NCBI GenBank assembly: GCA_964427595.1
Contig: CAYRUQ010000006.1
Coordinates: 1 to 58,598 of the forward strand
Direction of reading: 5' to 3'
DNA from: an uncultured Clostridiaceae bacterium
GTDB taxonomy: Bacteria; Bacillota_I; Bacilli_A; RFN20; CAG-288
DNA: 58,598 nt
The position numbers and the translations under genes were made by a program. The notes below the pieces were generated by a model. The model was not told the DNA's origin, did not search any database, and worked only from the letters and a program-made list of their open reading frames with translations. Positions within the stretch are counted from its first letter, which is position 1. Each line of letters begins with the position of its first letter. Of the stretch, positions 57,437 through 58,598 are shown in pieces.

Positions 57437-58004
57437 GCTGTGTTTTTCCTCCTGTTTTCTTGGCTGGACTTAAGACGACGAAATAGTCCTTACCAGCTAA
57501 TTCGGGCTGTCTCTCTATAATGGAGTGTTCTTTAACCATATCGAGGAAGGATGCTAGTGTCTGTTTGACGATATCCATTCTCTGCATCATTCTTCCTTTG
57601 ATGAAGACGGCGACTTTGACCTTCATTCCTTCATCGAGGAATTTGATCGTAGTCTTAGCCTTAGTCATCAAGTCGTGAGTATCAGTGGTAGCAGTAAAGC
57701 GCATCTCTTTGATGACGGTCTTCTTCTGGTTTTTCTTAGCCTCCCTCTCTTTTTTGGCTTTGTCAAATTTGAACTTGCCGTAATTGAGAATTTTGCACAC
57801 GGGTGGGTTGGCCTGCGGGGAGACGCAGTAGAGGTCAAGTTGCATGTCCATCGATTTCTGCTGAGCGACTCTCAGCGGAACGACGCCATAGCTCTCACCT
57901 TCCGGACCAATCAAAAGTACTTCTTTGAAATGGATCCTTTCATTTACTAATTCGTTGTTGTTTCTTGACCGGGCATTGTTTCCCTGCTGATAACCTTTAG
58001 GTAT
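57417..58004 (-). CDS. infC: Translation initiation factor IF-3 (predicted non-canonical ATA start)
   Basis: NERI...EV.LIG..G, LDL, P.A.PPVCKI..YGKFKF, KEMRF....D.HD; GGAGG lies 8 nt before ATA at 58004. Confidence 0.95.
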   Translation of the reverse strand: MPKGYQQGNNARSRNNNELVNERIHFKEVLLIGPEGESYGVVPLRVAQQKSMDMQLDLYCVSPQANPPVCKILNYGKFKFDKAKKEREAKKNQKKTVIKEMRFTATTDTHDLMTKAKTTIKFLDEGMKVKVAVFIKGRMMQRMDIVKQTLASFLDMVKEHSIIERQPELAGKDYFVVLSPAKKTGGKTQHAEDEE

Positions 58005-58026
58005 AAGAATATCCTCCATTGTGAAC

Positions 58027-58145
58027 AAAAAACGGGTTTCTCCACCAGAAACCCGCAAAATGCACTAAAACTCTATCGCTAGAGAAATCAGGCATTTGAC
58101 CCATCGAAACAATATTCAATCGGGTGAGAACGGGTGTTCTGCTTT
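58027..58145 (-). ncRNA. L20 leader (ribosomal protein leader with attenuator) upstream of infC-rpmI-rplT
   Basis: AAGCAGAACACCCGTTCTCACCCGATTG...CGATGGGT core followed by terminator CGGGTTTCT-GGTGG-AGAAACCCG-T6 (58027-58055). Confidence 0.85.
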
Positions 58146-58169
58146 CCTATCTCGTTTTTCGCACATAAA

Positions 58170-58198
58170 AGTTTAATGATGGACTCTCATTTTGTCAA
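58170..58198 (-). promoter_or_regulatory. sigma-A promoter of the infC operon
   Basis: TTGACA (58193-58198), 17 nt, TAAACT (58170-58175). Confidence 0.8.
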
Positions 58199-58256
58199 CA
58201 TGAAAAAGAGGGATTTATATCTTTTTTTAATAAATATATATAGAAAAGTTTGTTTT

Positions 58257-58598
58257 TTATTTAGTTCCGAAGATTCTATCTCCGGCATCACCAAGGCCAG
58301 GGCAGATATAAGCGTTTTCGTTTAAACATCTGTCTAATGCGCCGACATAGAGTTTGATATCAGGATGGGCTTTACTGAAGGCTTCTGCGCCTTCAGGAGC
58401 GGCGATGATACAGATGAAAGTGATGTGTTTAGCACCTTTCTTTTTCAGCATGTTAACAGCATCGATAGCTGAGCCACCGGTAGCTAACATCGGATCGAGG
58501 ATGAAGAATTCTCTCTCTTCAATTCCAAAGGGGAGTTTGCAGAAGTATTCATGAGGTTCATGAGTCACTTCATCACGATAAAGTCCGATATGACCCAC
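58257..58598 (-). CDS. upp: Uracil phosphoribosyltransferase (5' part outside the window)
   Basis: [40 protein letters not shown]. Confidence 0.97.
   Translation of the reverse strand: MGHIGLYRDEVTHEPHEYFCKLPFGIEEREFFILDPMLATGGSAIDAVNMLKKKGAKHITFICIIAAPEGAEAFSKAHPDIKLYVGALDRCLNENAYICPGLGDAGDRIFGTK

Noticed and set aside
1-58598. Genetic code 4 (TGA=Trp), CRISPR arrays, IS elements, rRNA, dif site
   Set aside because: Conserved genes end at TGA and Trp is encoded by TGG; no regularly spaced repeats, transposases, rRNA or convincing 28-bp dif found by eye

Overview
Low-GC chromosomal segment from an anaerobic Bacilli-type bacterium using genetic code 11 (TGA is a stop). The short-N-terminus DprA and the orphan dacA suggest an Erysipelotrichia/Mollicutes-related, possibly host-associated lineage (inference). 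Most of it is housekeeping: gmk-priA, yebC, rbgA-rnhB-dprA-topA-xerC, upp, infC-rpmI-rplT with an L20 leader, and two CCA-less tRNAs (Ala-CGC, Val-CAC). Metabolic modules are a pentose operon using a fucose-isomerase-family enzyme, a ygbA/CydDC-like/ECF cluster resembling iron or heme uptake systems, a trimeric bifurcating-type [FeFe] hydrogenase, FprA and several ABC exporters. Two AT-rich accessory patches stand out. The first (44.7-49.3 kb) holds a DpnII-type GATC restriction-modification operon with an HTH-methylase fusion and, one gene later, a GIY-YIG nuclease with what look like two methyl-adenine reader domains (RAMA-like and SeqA C-terminal-like); this is the best candidate for an undescribed system. 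The second (53.5-56.8 kb) holds a degenerate AlbA_2 protein and a degenerate ABC protein. Other observations: a shared TTAA-N6-TTAA (SloR/DtxR-like) operator upstream of the uptake cluster and the hydrogenase, strong Lys/Arg depletion in extracellular domains, and a catalytically dead APRT-like protein. No CRISPR array, IS element or prophage was seen. All domain calls come from motif recognition by eye, not from database searches.
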